Below are positions 47,906-57,443 of a DNA stretch of 64,000 nt, piece by piece. Position numbers and translations under genes: made by a program. Each line of letters starts with the position of its first letter. The first letter of the stretch is position 1. Below the pieces are notes generated by a model. That model saw only the letters and a program-made list of their open reading frames with translations, had not been told where the DNA came from and searched no databases. This DNA comes from Verrucomicrobiota bacterium (GTDB lineage: Bacteria; Verrucomicrobiota; Verrucomicrobiia; Opitutales; Seribacteraceae): positions 416,001 through 480,000 of the forward strand of contig JAQBYT010000001.1 in the NCBI GenBank assembly GCA_027622665.1, in the 5' to 3' direction.

Positions 47906-48994
47906 ATGAGCTTGGAAGAAAAAGTTAAACTGGCTGCGGAGGCATTGGATGCCCGTGCCGTCGAAATGGTAAAGTGGCACTTCTCGCCTCAAACGGGCTG
48001 CAAGTTCTGGCTTGAATGGGCGGATAAGCAGGATTGGAATCCCCTTGAGGAGATTAAGTCTTTTTCTGACATATCCAACAAGTTTCCGAACTTTCAGGAC
48101 GAATGGTTGCGTGATCTGCAACCGGAAGTCTGGGTGCCAAAGGAGTACGAGGGCATACCCTTCAACATCTTCGAGACGGGCGGTACCACGGGCATGCCCA
48201 AGCAGCGTATCGGATGGGATGACTACAAGGTGGACTACAGCGAGTTTTCCGAAACCCTGACCGACGAGCATTTCCCCAGAAACCATTACTGGATTATGGT
48301 CGGCCCTACGGGACCGCGTCGCCTGCGCCTTGCTATTGAGCACCTTGCAAACGTCCGTGGGTGCTCCTGTTACTTCGTCGACCTCGACCCCCGTTGGGTA
48401 AAGCGCCTAATCAAGAACGGGCAGGGCGATCAGGCGAAGGCCTATATGGAACACGTCGTCGATCAGGCAACCACCATCATGAAGCACCGTGAGGTTAGCG
48501 CCGTGTTCACTACACCCAAGTTGCTCGAGGCCATTGCCGAACGCTTCGAGGCCGAGGGCTCTTCCTTATATGACGCGGGCGTCAGAGGCGTATTCTGCGG
48601 TGGCACGACGATGAACCCCCAGTACACCCGCTTTCTTATGGAAGAGCTGCTCGAGAACAAAATCGGTTTCGTGCCGACCTACGGGAACACGCTCATGGGG
48701 CTTGCCAAGCACAAGCCGTTCGAACCCGAGGACAACTTTTCCATCACCTATCACGCGCCGCAGCCGCGGGCTGTATTGCGGGTGGTCAATCCCGACACCA
48801 ACGAGCCCGTCGAGTACGATGAGTGGGGTCGGGTGGAACTGACCACCATGACCAAGGAATTTTTCATGCCTCGCTTCTTAGAGCGTGACGAAGCCAAGCG
48901 ACGTCCTCCCATTGACCCTTATCCTTGGGACGGGGTTGCCGAGGTGCGACCTTTCGGCGCTATGCAGAAAAAAATTGTCGAAGGCGTATACTAA
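47906..48994 (+). CDS. GriC/EhpF-like short adenylating protein (arylcarboxylate reductase component)
   Basis: WHFSP.TG..FW, ETGGTTGMPK P-loop, PTYGNTLMG, ERD, C-terminal EGVY; ~360 aa, too short for a complete ANL ligase. Confidence 0.7.
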   Translation: MSLEEKVKLAAEALDARAVEMVKWHFSPQTGCKFWLEWADKQDWNPLEEIKSFSDISNKFPNFQDEWLRDLQPEVWVPKEYEGIPFNIFETGGTTGMPKQRIGWDDYKVDYSEFSETLTDEHFPRNHYWIMVGPTGPRRLRLAIEHLANVRGCSCYFVDLDPRWVKRLIKNGQGDQAKAYMEHVVDQATTIMKHREVSAVFTTPKLLEAIAERFEAEGSSLYDAGVRGVFCGGTTMNPQYTRFLMEELLENKIGFVPTYGNTLMGLAKHKPFEPEDNFSITYHAPQPRAVLRVVNPDTNEPVEYDEWGRVELTTMTKEFFMPRFLERDEAKRRPPIDPYPWDGVAEVRPFGAMQKKIVEGVY

Positions 48995-49059
48995 CACCTT
49001 TCGGCTGAGACCATTTGCCAACAATCGACAACCGTCGAATTTTCGGAGAAACCTTAATT

Positions 49060-50499
49060 ATGATAAATATACCCGTTCTTCGCTGGGGGGAACCCTACCA
49101 AAGTCTCGATCAAAATGAAGTCGTTCACTTCCGCACGGGCGAGACACTAGCCAAAGTCGGTCAAGCCAACCCCGGTCTCCTTGCCCGCGACATGCGCAAG
49201 GCCCATCGGGCCCGCGAAGTATTGCGCGAAATTCCGATTCCCGAGCTGGTGGATATGACGAAGAAAGCAGCTGATCTCTTCCTCAAGGCCACCCTGCCTC
49301 TTGGAGATGGTGAGCAGTCGCCCGATGATTTCGCGAGGCAGCAGTCCGCCTCCACCGGGCTGCCCGAGCACATGACCAAGTTCAACATGGAGAAAAATCA
49401 CTTCGTGCTGACCAATATGGACCAGATTCTCGACGCCCTTACCCGTGGTTTGGACTTGGACATTCTTTCCCGTGGCTATGGAGTGGAGGCCCGCAAGCCC
49501 GACCTGCCACTCAGTTATCAAGCGCAGTCGCCCGTGCTCGGCATGGTTTTGCCCTCCAATTCTCCCGGCGTTCACACCTTATGGCTTCCCGTCATCCCGA
49601 TGCAGATCGGTCTTGTTCTCAAGCCCGGCCCGCAGGAACCTTGGACGCCTTACCGTATGGCGGCGGCTTTCGTGGAGGCCGGCATCCCGAGAGAGTGCAT
49701 CGGCATCTATCCCGGTGGCGGCGAAATGGGGGCCGAGGTCGTGAACCGTTGCGGGCGTGTCATGATTTTCGGCAGCGCCCAGACGGTTCAGCACTACTCG
49801 GGTAACGCCAACGTACAGGTGCACGGTCCAGGCTACAGCAAGATTCTTCTGGGTGACGACCTCGTCGATCAATGGGAGGATCACATCGACTTGATGGTCG
49901 ACAGCATTTACAAGAACAGTGGTCGCGGATGCATCAACTGTTCGGGCATCTGGGCTTCGCGTCATACCAAGGAAATCGCAGAGGCCATTGCCGAACGTAT
50001 CGGTCCCATCGAGGTTAAGGATCCCGAAGATCCCGAGGCGGGTCTCGCCGCCTTTACCGTGGATGGACAAGCCGAGGCTATTTGGGGGATGATCGAGGAA
50101 GGCTGCTCCGAGGATGGAGTCACCCACGTTACCGCGAAGCATGGTGACCGGCTCGAGAGCATGGAGCGCTGCGCTTATATTCGTCCGACCATCCTCCACT
50201 GTGATTCGCCTGATCGCAAGATGGCCAATACCGAGTACATGTATCCTTTTGCTTCCGTGGTTGAGTGTCCGCAGGAACAGATGCTCGAAAAGATTGGGCA
50301 CACTTTGGTGGTCTCCGCCATTACCGAGGACGAAGCATGGGCCGCCCAGCTTGCCGACGCCACAAACGTCGATCGCCTCAACATTGGTCCTTTGCCAACC
50401 ATCGCCCTCAATTGGCTCCAACCTCACGAGGGGAATCTCGTCGACTTCCTTTTCCGAGCCCGAGCCTACCAGACAACGCCCGCTCGAATGGGGACTTGA
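49060..50499 (+). CDS. GriD/EhpG-like aldehyde dehydrogenase-superfamily reductase
   Basis: PSNSPGVH, LKPG..EPWTP, HGPGYSK in place of ELGGK, catalytic Cys in NSGRGCINCS, EYMYPF, PHEGNL. Confidence 0.75.
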   Translation: MINIPVLRWGEPYQSLDQNEVVHFRTGETLAKVGQANPGLLARDMRKAHRAREVLREIPIPELVDMTKKAADLFLKATLPLGDGEQSPDDFARQQSASTGLPEHMTKFNMEKNHFVLTNMDQILDALTRGLDLDILSRGYGVEARKPDLPLSYQAQSPVLGMVLPSNSPGVHTLWLPVIPMQIGLVLKPGPQEPWTPYRMAAAFVEAGIPRECIGIYPGGGEMGAEVVNRCGRVMIFGSAQTVQHYSGNANVQVHGPGYSKILLGDDLVDQWEDHIDLMVDSIYKNSGRGCINCSGIWASRHTKEIAEAIAERIGPIEVKDPEDPEAGLAAFTVDGQAEAIWGMIEEGCSEDGVTHVTAKHGDRLESMERCAYIRPTILHCDSPDRKMANTEYMYPFASVVECPQEQMLEKIGHTLVVSAITEDEAWAAQLADATNVDRLNIGPLPTIALNWLQPHEGNLVDFLFRARAYQTTPARMGT

Positions 50500-50525
50500 A
50501 GGGGCGTAACGAGAAGGAAGAGATT

Positions 50526-51764
50526 ATGACGACACCCGGCTTGACCGAACTCGATTCCTTCGTTCGTCTGGAAGAACATCCCGACATACGAGTGCTTTTC
50601 GGATCCGGGACGCTCAAGTGTCTCGGCGAAGAAGCGGCCAAGATTGGCAAGCGGGTTTTGCTTGTGACTGATGCCGGCATCGTTCGGGCGGGACATGCCG
50701 CCACTGCCCAAGCCTCGCTTGAGGGGGCGGGCATGAAAGTGACTTCTTTCGATAAATCCATCGAGAATCCAACCAGTTCTTGCGTTGACGCCTGCGTGGC
50801 CGTTGCGAAGGAAGCGGAGGTGGATGTTATCGTGGGTCTTGGCGGCGGAAGCTCCATGGATACCGCAAAGGGCTGCAACTTCGTCCTTACGAATGGAGGA
50901 ACGATGAAAGACTTCTGGGGTGTAGGGAAGGCTTCTTTGCCGATGCTTCCTCTCATTGCCGTGCCCACCACTGCAGGGACGGGGAGCGAATGCCAATCCT
51001 TTGCCCTTATTTCCGACGATGAGACCCACAGCAAGATGGCTTGCGGCGACAAGAAGACCCTGCCCAAGGTTGCCATTCTTGACCCCGATCTTACTGTTTC
51101 GCAACCTGTTCAGGTTACTGCTTGCACGGGTATCGATGCCTTGGCTCACGCCCTCGAAGCTGCCGTAACGCGCGATCGTAGCGAAATCTCCTCCCGCCAT
51201 GCCCGCCTCGCCTTTCTTCTCGTGCAGGACAATTTGGAAAAAGTTTTTGCCGCACCTCTCGACATAGAGGCCAGAGGCTTTGTGCAACTTGGTGCATCAC
51301 ACGCCGGTGCCGCTATTGAAAGCAGCATGCTGGGCGCGGCCCACTCGATGGCCAATCCCCTGACGGCTCGACAAGGAGTTGGTCACGGCAACGCGGTGGG
51401 CATTTGCCTACCTCCGGTTATGCGCTTTAATGCGGAGCTCCCGGAGGTCCGTTCGATCTATGCCGGCTTGGCTCGTGACGCAGGACTTGCAGGAGCTGAG
51501 ACAGACGATGCATCCGCCACCAAAGCCGTTATTGATCAGGTGGAAAAATTGTTGAGGTTGTCCGACTTCCCGCTCACTTTGCAGCAATACGGCTTTTCCC
51601 TGGAGGAGGTTGCGGGATTGGCTGAAGAGGCATTCGGGCAATGGACTGCAGGCTTCAACCCTCGGCCGGTATCCGGTCAAGACTTTGCAAAACTTTATGC
51701 TTCGCTCTTTGCGGGAGCAACTTTCGCAGAGGTTGAATTCGAGGCATCCTCTATACAGGCATGA
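50526..51764 (+). CDS. Iron-containing alcohol dehydrogenase
   Basis: GLGGGSSMDTAK, VPTTAGTGSE, DALAHALE, AHSMA, HG; start at MTTPG. Confidence 0.92.
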   Translation: MTTPGLTELDSFVRLEEHPDIRVLFGSGTLKCLGEEAAKIGKRVLLVTDAGIVRAGHAATAQASLEGAGMKVTSFDKSIENPTSSCVDACVAVAKEAEVDVIVGLGGGSSMDTAKGCNFVLTNGGTMKDFWGVGKASLPMLPLIAVPTTAGTGSECQSFALISDDETHSKMACGDKKTLPKVAILDPDLTVSQPVQVTACTGIDALAHALEAAVTRDRSEISSRHARLAFLLVQDNLEKVFAAPLDIEARGFVQLGASHAGAAIESSMLGAAHSMANPLTARQGVGHGNAVGICLPPVMRFNAELPEVRSIYAGLARDAGLAGAETDDASATKAVIDQVEKLLRLSDFPLTLQQYGFSLEEVAGLAEEAFGQWTAGFNPRPVSGQDFAKLYASLFAGATFAEVEFEASSIQA

Positions 51765-52906
51765 GGTTTTGGAAGACGGTTTGTTTCTCGTTTGTCGCAC
51801 AGATATTCATCACCTGTGATTACGGTGCTGGAACTGCATTTGGAAAAGATGCGGATTGGCCTCAGCATCGAGGAGGACAGGATCTGCGTGGCCTTGCTTC
51901 CGGCAAGCTGGGCGAGAAGTTGAAACTGCTTTGGGCTTTCGAGACGGGCGATTTCACGAAATCTTCCGCCGTGGTCAAGGATGGTCTCGTGTTCATTGGT
52001 TCCGACTCGAAAAAACTTCATGCGATCGACCTGAAAACAGGCAAGGAAACTTGGAATTATGAAACCGGACTGTCCATTGAGGCGGCCCCGTTAGTTGTCG
52101 GCGACGTCGTGTATATCGGTTCCACCGATGGGTTCCTTTACGCATTGAAGGCAAAAACCGGAAAACTTCTCTGGAAATACGAAACCGAGGGCGAAATCAT
52201 GGGTGCCGGAAACCGAGCCATTCGCCCAAAGTCGAAGGACGATGTAATCGTGATCGGCAGCTATGACAATTATGTCCATTGCGTAAATGCTAAGAGCGGC
52301 AAACTCCTCTGGAAATTTGAGACGAACAACTACGTTAATGGTGTTCCCTCCATTCTCGATGGCGACAAGGTCGTCTTTGGCGGATGCGACGCGGTGCTTT
52401 ACGTCGTCGGACTGGAGGACGGCAAATTGGTTCGTTCGGTAGAGGTGGCAGCTCCCATCGCGGCTACTGTGGCGATTGCCGACGGCATCGGCTACGTAGG
52501 CAACATGGACAATGCGGTTACGGGTTTCGACCTTAAGACCGGAGACGTAGTTTGGACCTATCGCGGCAAAAATTTTCCTTACTACTCTTCACCGGCCGTT
52601 ACCGAAACGCATTGTCTCATAGGCGGCCGAGACAAGGGCTTGCATTGCATCGACCGGGTAACCGGCAAGGCCGCGTGGCGATTTGCTTCACGGGGTCGTA
52701 TCGACAGCTCTCCCGTCGCTTGCGGCGATAAAGTGATATTCGGGACAATGGACGGAAAAGTCTATCTCGCATCCCTAAAGGACGGCAAGGAGATCGCTTC
52801 CTACGAAATTGGCGAATCTATATCATCCACTCCCGCGGTAGTGGGCACTAAGGTTATCTTTGGCTGCGAGGACGGAAACGTCTACGCCTTTGAAACCAAA
52901 CCCTGA
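51761..52906 (+). CDS. PQQ-like/BamB-like beta-propeller protein
   Basis: Signal peptide, DWPQHRG, regular (S/A)P.V..V.(I/F)GS.D..(L/V)(H/Y)A...TG...W blades. Confidence 0.88.
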   Translation: MRFWKTVCFSFVAQIFITCDYGAGTAFGKDADWPQHRGGQDLRGLASGKLGEKLKLLWAFETGDFTKSSAVVKDGLVFIGSDSKKLHAIDLKTGKETWNYETGLSIEAAPLVVGDVVYIGSTDGFLYALKAKTGKLLWKYETEGEIMGAGNRAIRPKSKDDVIVIGSYDNYVHCVNAKSGKLLWKFETNNYVNGVPSILDGDKVVFGGCDAVLYVVGLEDGKLVRSVEVAAPIAATVAIADGIGYVGNMDNAVTGFDLKTGDVVWTYRGKNFPYYSSPAVTETHCLIGGRDKGLHCIDRVTGKAAWRFASRGRIDSSPVACGDKVIFGTMDGKVYLASLKDGKEIASYEIGESISSTPAVVGTKVIFGCEDGNVYAFETKP

Positions 52907-52926
52907 CAAGTAAAGGAAGCCGACCC

Positions 52927-54264
52927 ATGAGCGAAGACACTTTTGTAAAACCCGACGTCGAGACCAAGGACGACACCAAGGCGGGAAATTATTTCGTCTC
53001 GAACTACCCGCCATTTTCCTTTTGGGGCGAGGAGGACGCCCCGTGCGTTGAGAGCCTCCTGAACAGTCCTGAACCCGGCGACGCCCCCCTAGGTCTCTAC
53101 TACCATGTGCCTTTTTGTCGGAAGCGCTGCCACTTTTGTTACTTCCGGGTCTATACCGACAAGAACTCCTCCGATATTCGCCGCTACCTATCGGCCACGA
53201 TGCAGGAGCTTCGTCAATACGCCGAACGCCCATACATTTCGGGCCGTAAACCCAAGTACGTCTATTTCGGTGGAGGTACCCCTTCCTTTCTCTCGGCCCA
53301 ACAACTCACGGAGCTGACCGACGAGATGAAGGCGATTATGCCTTGGGACGAGACGGAAGAAGTCACTTTCGAGTGCGAACCCGGAACGCTCACCGAAAAG
53401 AAATTGGAGGTTATCAAGAATTTCGGGGTCACTCGCCTTAGCTTGGGAATCGAAAATTTCAGCGACCACGTTCTGGACATTAATGGACGCGCGCATCGTT
53501 CCCCTGAGGTTTTTCGCACCTATGAGTTCGCTCGTGGTCTCGGCTTCGACAACATCAACGTCGATCTCATTGCCGGCATGCTCGACGAGACCGATGAAAA
53601 CTGGGTGGACAGCGTGGGCAAGGTTATCGACCTCTCGCCCGATTGCGTAACCATCTACCAGATGGAAATCCCCTTCAACACGACCATTTACAAGACCATG
53701 AAGGAAGGGGGCAAGTTAGCCGCCCCCGTGGCCGACTGGCCCACCAAGCGCCGATGGGCGGACTACGCATTCAGCGAGTTGGAGAACGCCGGTTACACCG
53801 TGACCAGCGCCTACACGGCGGTCAAGGATCCCGAGGCCACCAAGTTCGTATATCGCGACCGCTTGTGGACCGGTGCCGACATGGTCTCCCTTGGAGTCGC
53901 TTCCTTCGGGTACCTTGGCGGCATTCACTACCAAAACCTCATCCACATCGACGACTACATCAAAAAAGTCGAGGAGGGTGGGGCGCCCGTCCGCAGGGCG
54001 TTGCTTACCACCGAGGAAGAGCGTTTTCTTCGCGAGCTCATCTTGCAGTTCAAGTTGGGCCGAGTGAACCTTGGGTATTTTCGCGACAAGTTTGGGGAGA
54101 AGGTGGAGGAACGCTTCAGCGAGATTCTCGCCGACCTCGAACAATTAGGCGATATCTCTCGCGAGGGTGATGAGCTTGTGCTCACTCGCGAAGCATTGCT
54201 TCGGGTGGATTCCATGCTTCATCGCTTTTTTCTGCCGAAACATCGCGATTCCCGATACGTCTAG
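52927..54264 (+). CDS. HemN-like radical SAM enzyme
   Basis: YYHVPFCRKRCHFC (CxxxCxxC), YFGGGTPS, RLSLG, NVDLIAG, HemN-type C-terminal domain. Confidence 0.9.
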   Translation: MSEDTFVKPDVETKDDTKAGNYFVSNYPPFSFWGEEDAPCVESLLNSPEPGDAPLGLYYHVPFCRKRCHFCYFRVYTDKNSSDIRRYLSATMQELRQYAERPYISGRKPKYVYFGGGTPSFLSAQQLTELTDEMKAIMPWDETEEVTFECEPGTLTEKKLEVIKNFGVTRLSLGIENFSDHVLDINGRAHRSPEVFRTYEFARGLGFDNINVDLIAGMLDETDENWVDSVGKVIDLSPDCVTIYQMEIPFNTTIYKTMKEGGKLAAPVADWPTKRRWADYAFSELENAGYTVTSAYTAVKDPEATKFVYRDRLWTGADMVSLGVASFGYLGGIHYQNLIHIDDYIKKVEEGGAPVRRALLTTEEERFLRELILQFKLGRVNLGYFRDKFGEKVEERFSEILADLEQLGDISREGDELVLTREALLRVDSMLHRFFLPKHRDSRYV

Positions 54265-54270
54265 TTCGCC

Positions 54271-54843
54271 ATGGCTGCCCAATCGACAGCTGTTCATCCG
54301 GACGTGCTCTACCCGCTCAGCATGTTTCGGCTTACTCGAGGCATACCCAAACTAAAATACGAGAGCATCGAGGGTGGCGACGTTCCACTGCCTTATCTCG
54401 ATTTACTTGTGCATCGCGGAGACATGACCTCGCGACTGGAAGAGTTTCACGGTGGCCCCATCAAGGTACGCAAGCTCTCCTCCTCTAGCGATGGTCGAGC
54501 CTATTTTCGGGAAGTAGTCCTTAATACCGTAGCCGAGGCAAAGGCCGTTGAGTACGGAGCCATTGAGATCGATCTGGTCAATCTCCCCGAGGAAATTCGT
54601 GAGGAAATATTAGCTGCAGAGCGCCCTCTCGGCGGCATCCTGAACGATCATCGACTTTCCTATTCCAGCGACCCTCGGGCTTTTCTCAAGGTGAGCGCCG
54701 ATGCTGCGATCAGGGAAGCTCTCGGGCTGGATGAGAGCGCAGACGTTCTCTATGGTCGAAGCAACGCGATCACCGGGTTCAACGGCGAAAGCTATGCTAG
54801 GATCGTTGAGATCTTGCCTCCCGCTCCCGTCTCGGGCGGTTGA
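54271..54843 (+). CDS. Chorismate pyruvate-lyase-like protein (UbiC/UTRA fold)
   Basis: LL.H.GDMTSRLE, REVVL, PLGGIL, YGRS, IVEILP pattern. Confidence 0.7.
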   Translation: MAAQSTAVHPDVLYPLSMFRLTRGIPKLKYESIEGGDVPLPYLDLLVHRGDMTSRLEEFHGGPIKVRKLSSSSDGRAYFREVVLNTVAEAKAVEYGAIEIDLVNLPEEIREEILAAERPLGGILNDHRLSYSSDPRAFLKVSADAAIREALGLDESADVLYGRSNAITGFNGESYARIVEILPPAPVSGG

Positions 54844-54873
54844 AAATTCGGCTCCCGCGCATTCAATGGTCAT

Positions 54874-56139
54874 ATGATTTCTTTTAAAGATAAGTATGAT
54901 GCAATCGTCATTGGGGCCGGTCCCGCCGGTTCTACGACCGGGGCGTTACTGGCCGAAAAGGCGCACGACGTATTGATCGTGGAAAAAGAAAAGTTCCCAC
55001 GCTACCACGTCGGGGAATCGCTCATGCCGTTCTGCTACTTTTCCCTGGAGAGACTCGGCTTGATCGAAAAGCTTCACCATTCGGAAAATCCACGCAAATT
55101 CTGCGTCCAGTTCGTTCGCCAAAACGGGTCTGTTTCCCAACCGTTCTACTTTTTTCAGCACATGGACCATCCATCTTCCACCACATGGCAGGTGTGGCGA
55201 TCCGAGTTCGACGAGATGCTTCTCGACAAGGCACGGGAAAACGGAGCTTCCGTTCTCGAGGAAACCAAAGCCAAGGCCTTGCTCAAGGACGATGGTCGCG
55301 TGGTCGGCGTTCGCGCTCAATCCTCGGAATTCGGTGAGCTAGAGCTCCATGCTCCTCTCGTAGTCGACGCATCCGGCAGGGATTGCTTCGCCGCCATTCG
55401 CGAGCAATGGATGGAGCGTGATCCCAAGCTCAAGAAAATTGCGATCTGGACCTATTTCAAGGGCGCCATGCGAGATCCCGGTCTCGACGAAGGCGCCACT
55501 ACCGTGGCTTATCTTCCCAACAAAGGCTGGTTTTGGTATATTCCCCTGAGCGGCGACATGGTCAGCGTCGGAATCGTGGCCGAGCACGACTACCTTTTCG
55601 ACGGGTCCACCAAGGACCTCCCGGAAATTTTCAATCGCGAATTGAAGAACAACCGCTGGATCGAGGAACACCTCTCCCAAGGAGAGCAAGAAGGCGAATA
55701 TCGCGTTACCGGTGAATTCTCATATCGCAACAAATTCTGCGCGATAGATGGTCTCGTCCTCGCGGGCGACGCCCTCGGCTTTCTGGACCCCGTTTTCTCC
55801 TCCGGCGTTTTCTTGGCCCTTAAGAGTGGGGTCATGCTTGCCGATGCCGCCGACCTCGCCTTGAGAAAAGGCGATCTTTCCGCCGCCACTTTCGAGCAGT
55901 ACGGCAAGAGCATGCGGGATTCCATCGAGACCATGCGCAAGATCGTCTACGCCTTCTACGACGAAGGTTTTAGCTTCAAGGATTTGGTTATGAAAGGCGA
56001 CGACATGCGATCAGACCTCACCGACTGTCTCGTCGGCAACGTAGACGATAACGATTTCGCAAGTCTCTTCGCCGCCATGAGCAAATTGGCCGAGCTGCCC
56101 GAACCCATTGAGCACGGCTTGGCCAAGGTAGAACCATGA
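54874..56139 (+). CDS. Flavin-dependent halogenase-like protein
   Basis: GAGPAG, FPRYHVGESL, Lys in NPRKFC, GWFWYIPL (WxWxIP), GDA.GFLDPVFSSG. Confidence 0.8.
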   Translation: MISFKDKYDAIVIGAGPAGSTTGALLAEKAHDVLIVEKEKFPRYHVGESLMPFCYFSLERLGLIEKLHHSENPRKFCVQFVRQNGSVSQPFYFFQHMDHPSSTTWQVWRSEFDEMLLDKARENGASVLEETKAKALLKDDGRVVGVRAQSSEFGELELHAPLVVDASGRDCFAAIREQWMERDPKLKKIAIWTYFKGAMRDPGLDEGATTVAYLPNKGWFWYIPLSGDMVSVGIVAEHDYLFDGSTKDLPEIFNRELKNNRWIEEHLSQGEQEGEYRVTGEFSYRNKFCAIDGLVLAGDALGFLDPVFSSGVFLALKSGVMLADAADLALRKGDLSAATFEQYGKSMRDSIETMRKIVYAFYDEGFSFKDLVMKGDDMRSDLTDCLVGNVDDNDFASLFAAMSKLAELPEPIEHGLAKVEP

Positions 56140-57431
56140 AAATCGCTTTCATTACGCCCGGCACGGGTAACTATTACTGTGGCGTTTGCATGCGCGACAA
56201 CTCGCTCGCCCGCAATCTCATCGATGCCGGGCACGAGGTCACCATGCTCCCCACCTACCTCCCCCACTTTCTCGACGAGGAACCCGTTTCGGACGACCAG
56301 CCCATCTTCTTCGGCGGCATCAACGTCTACCTCCAGCACAAGTTTTCTCTCTTTCGCCACACCCCCGAATGGATCGATCGCGCCTTTAACGCAAAGTGGC
56401 TCCTTCGCAAGGCGGCCGCCCGCAGCGGCATGACTTCCAGCAAGGATCTCGGCGAGATCACCCTCTCCACCTTCAAGGGCGAGAATGGGCCCCTTGTCAA
56501 GGAGGTGCAAAAAGTCGTGGATTGGTTTCGTGAGCACGAAAAGCCCGACGTCGTCTTTCTCTCCACCGTCCTCCTCGCGGCTCTTGGTCGCGTCGTGAAA
56601 CGGGAGTTGAACTTACCCGTCTATGGTTTCCTTCAAGGCGAGGATTCCTTTCTCGACACCCTTCTCGACGAGTACCGTACCGAGGCCATGGATCTCCTCT
56701 CCGCCGACGTCGCCCGTCTCGACGGTTGCATAGCCCCCAGTCGATACTTCGGTTCGGAAATGGCCAAGCGCTTTAATCTCCCCGAGGAAAAAATCCACTT
56801 CTTGTCCAACGGAATAACCCTCGACGGTTATTCCCTTCCCGATGCTTCCCCCGTCAAGCCCTCAATCGGTTTCTTGGCACGCCTTTGTCCACTCAAGGGA
56901 CTCGATCTCCTAGTCGACGCCTACCTCGAAATCATGAAGCGCGGCAACCATCCCGAGCTCGAGCTCCGCGTCGCAGGCGGCATGACCGACGACGACGCCC
57001 CCTACGTCGAAGAACAGAAAGAAAAAATTCGCGCAGCAGGCTTGGACGGGCAAACTACCTTTCTTCCAAACGTTGATCGCGACGGCAAGCTCGCCTTTCT
57101 GCGTGATCTCACCCTGTTCTCCGTTCCTTCCCGCTACCCCGAGGCCTTTGGTCTATACGTCGTCGAGGCTCTTGCCGCCGGCGTTCCCGTGGTACTTCCG
57201 AGCACCGGTGCCTTTCCCGAAATTATCGAAGTCACCGAGGGTGGTGTTCTTTACCAACCTGAGAAGACTTCCGCCCTCACGGATGCTCTTGAGAACCTTC
57301 TCGCCCGCCCCGAGGAAGCGTATGCCATGGGCATTCGCGGACACGAGGCCGTCGCCAAACGCTTTTCCAACAAAACCCTTGCCGTCGATCTCGTCGACCT
57401 CGTCAAGTCGCTTCACCCAAACATCTCTTAA
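56136..57431 (+). CDS. Glycosyltransferase family 4 with N-terminal CxxC
   Basis: YYCGVCMRD, FLARLCPLKG, PEAFGLYVVEALAAGVPV. Confidence 0.88.
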   Translation: MKIAFITPGTGNYYCGVCMRDNSLARNLIDAGHEVTMLPTYLPHFLDEEPVSDDQPIFFGGINVYLQHKFSLFRHTPEWIDRAFNAKWLLRKAAARSGMTSSKDLGEITLSTFKGENGPLVKEVQKVVDWFREHEKPDVVFLSTVLLAALGRVVKRELNLPVYGFLQGEDSFLDTLLDEYRTEAMDLLSADVARLDGCIAPSRYFGSEMAKRFNLPEEKIHFLSNGITLDGYSLPDASPVKPSIGFLARLCPLKGLDLLVDAYLEIMKRGNHPELELRVAGGMTDDDAPYVEEQKEKIRAAGLDGQTTFLPNVDRDGKLAFLRDLTLFSVPSRYPEAFGLYVVEALAAGVPVVLPSTGAFPEIIEVTEGGVLYQPEKTSALTDALENLLARPEEAYAMGIRGHEAVAKRFSNKTLAVDLVDLVKSLHPNIS

Positions 57432-57443
57432 AGCTTATTTGCC

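Noticed and set aside
47906..50499. luxE/luxC bioluminescence or phenazine biosynthesis
   Set aside because: No luxAB/luxD or phz core genes in the window; the similarity reflects shared acid-reduction chemistry only.
35992..52906. Calling the propellers BamB or PQQ-dependent alcohol/glucose dehydrogenases
   Set aside because: Only generic blade repeats are visible; no bam context, no pqq genes and no recognisable quinoprotein active-site motifs.
52927..54264. Annotation as hemN (heme biosynthesis)
   Set aside because: The motif after the Cys triad and the gene context do not fit bona fide HemN.
54271..54843. ubiC of ubiquinone synthesis
   Set aside because: No ubiA or other ubi genes nearby; it sits among tailoring enzymes.
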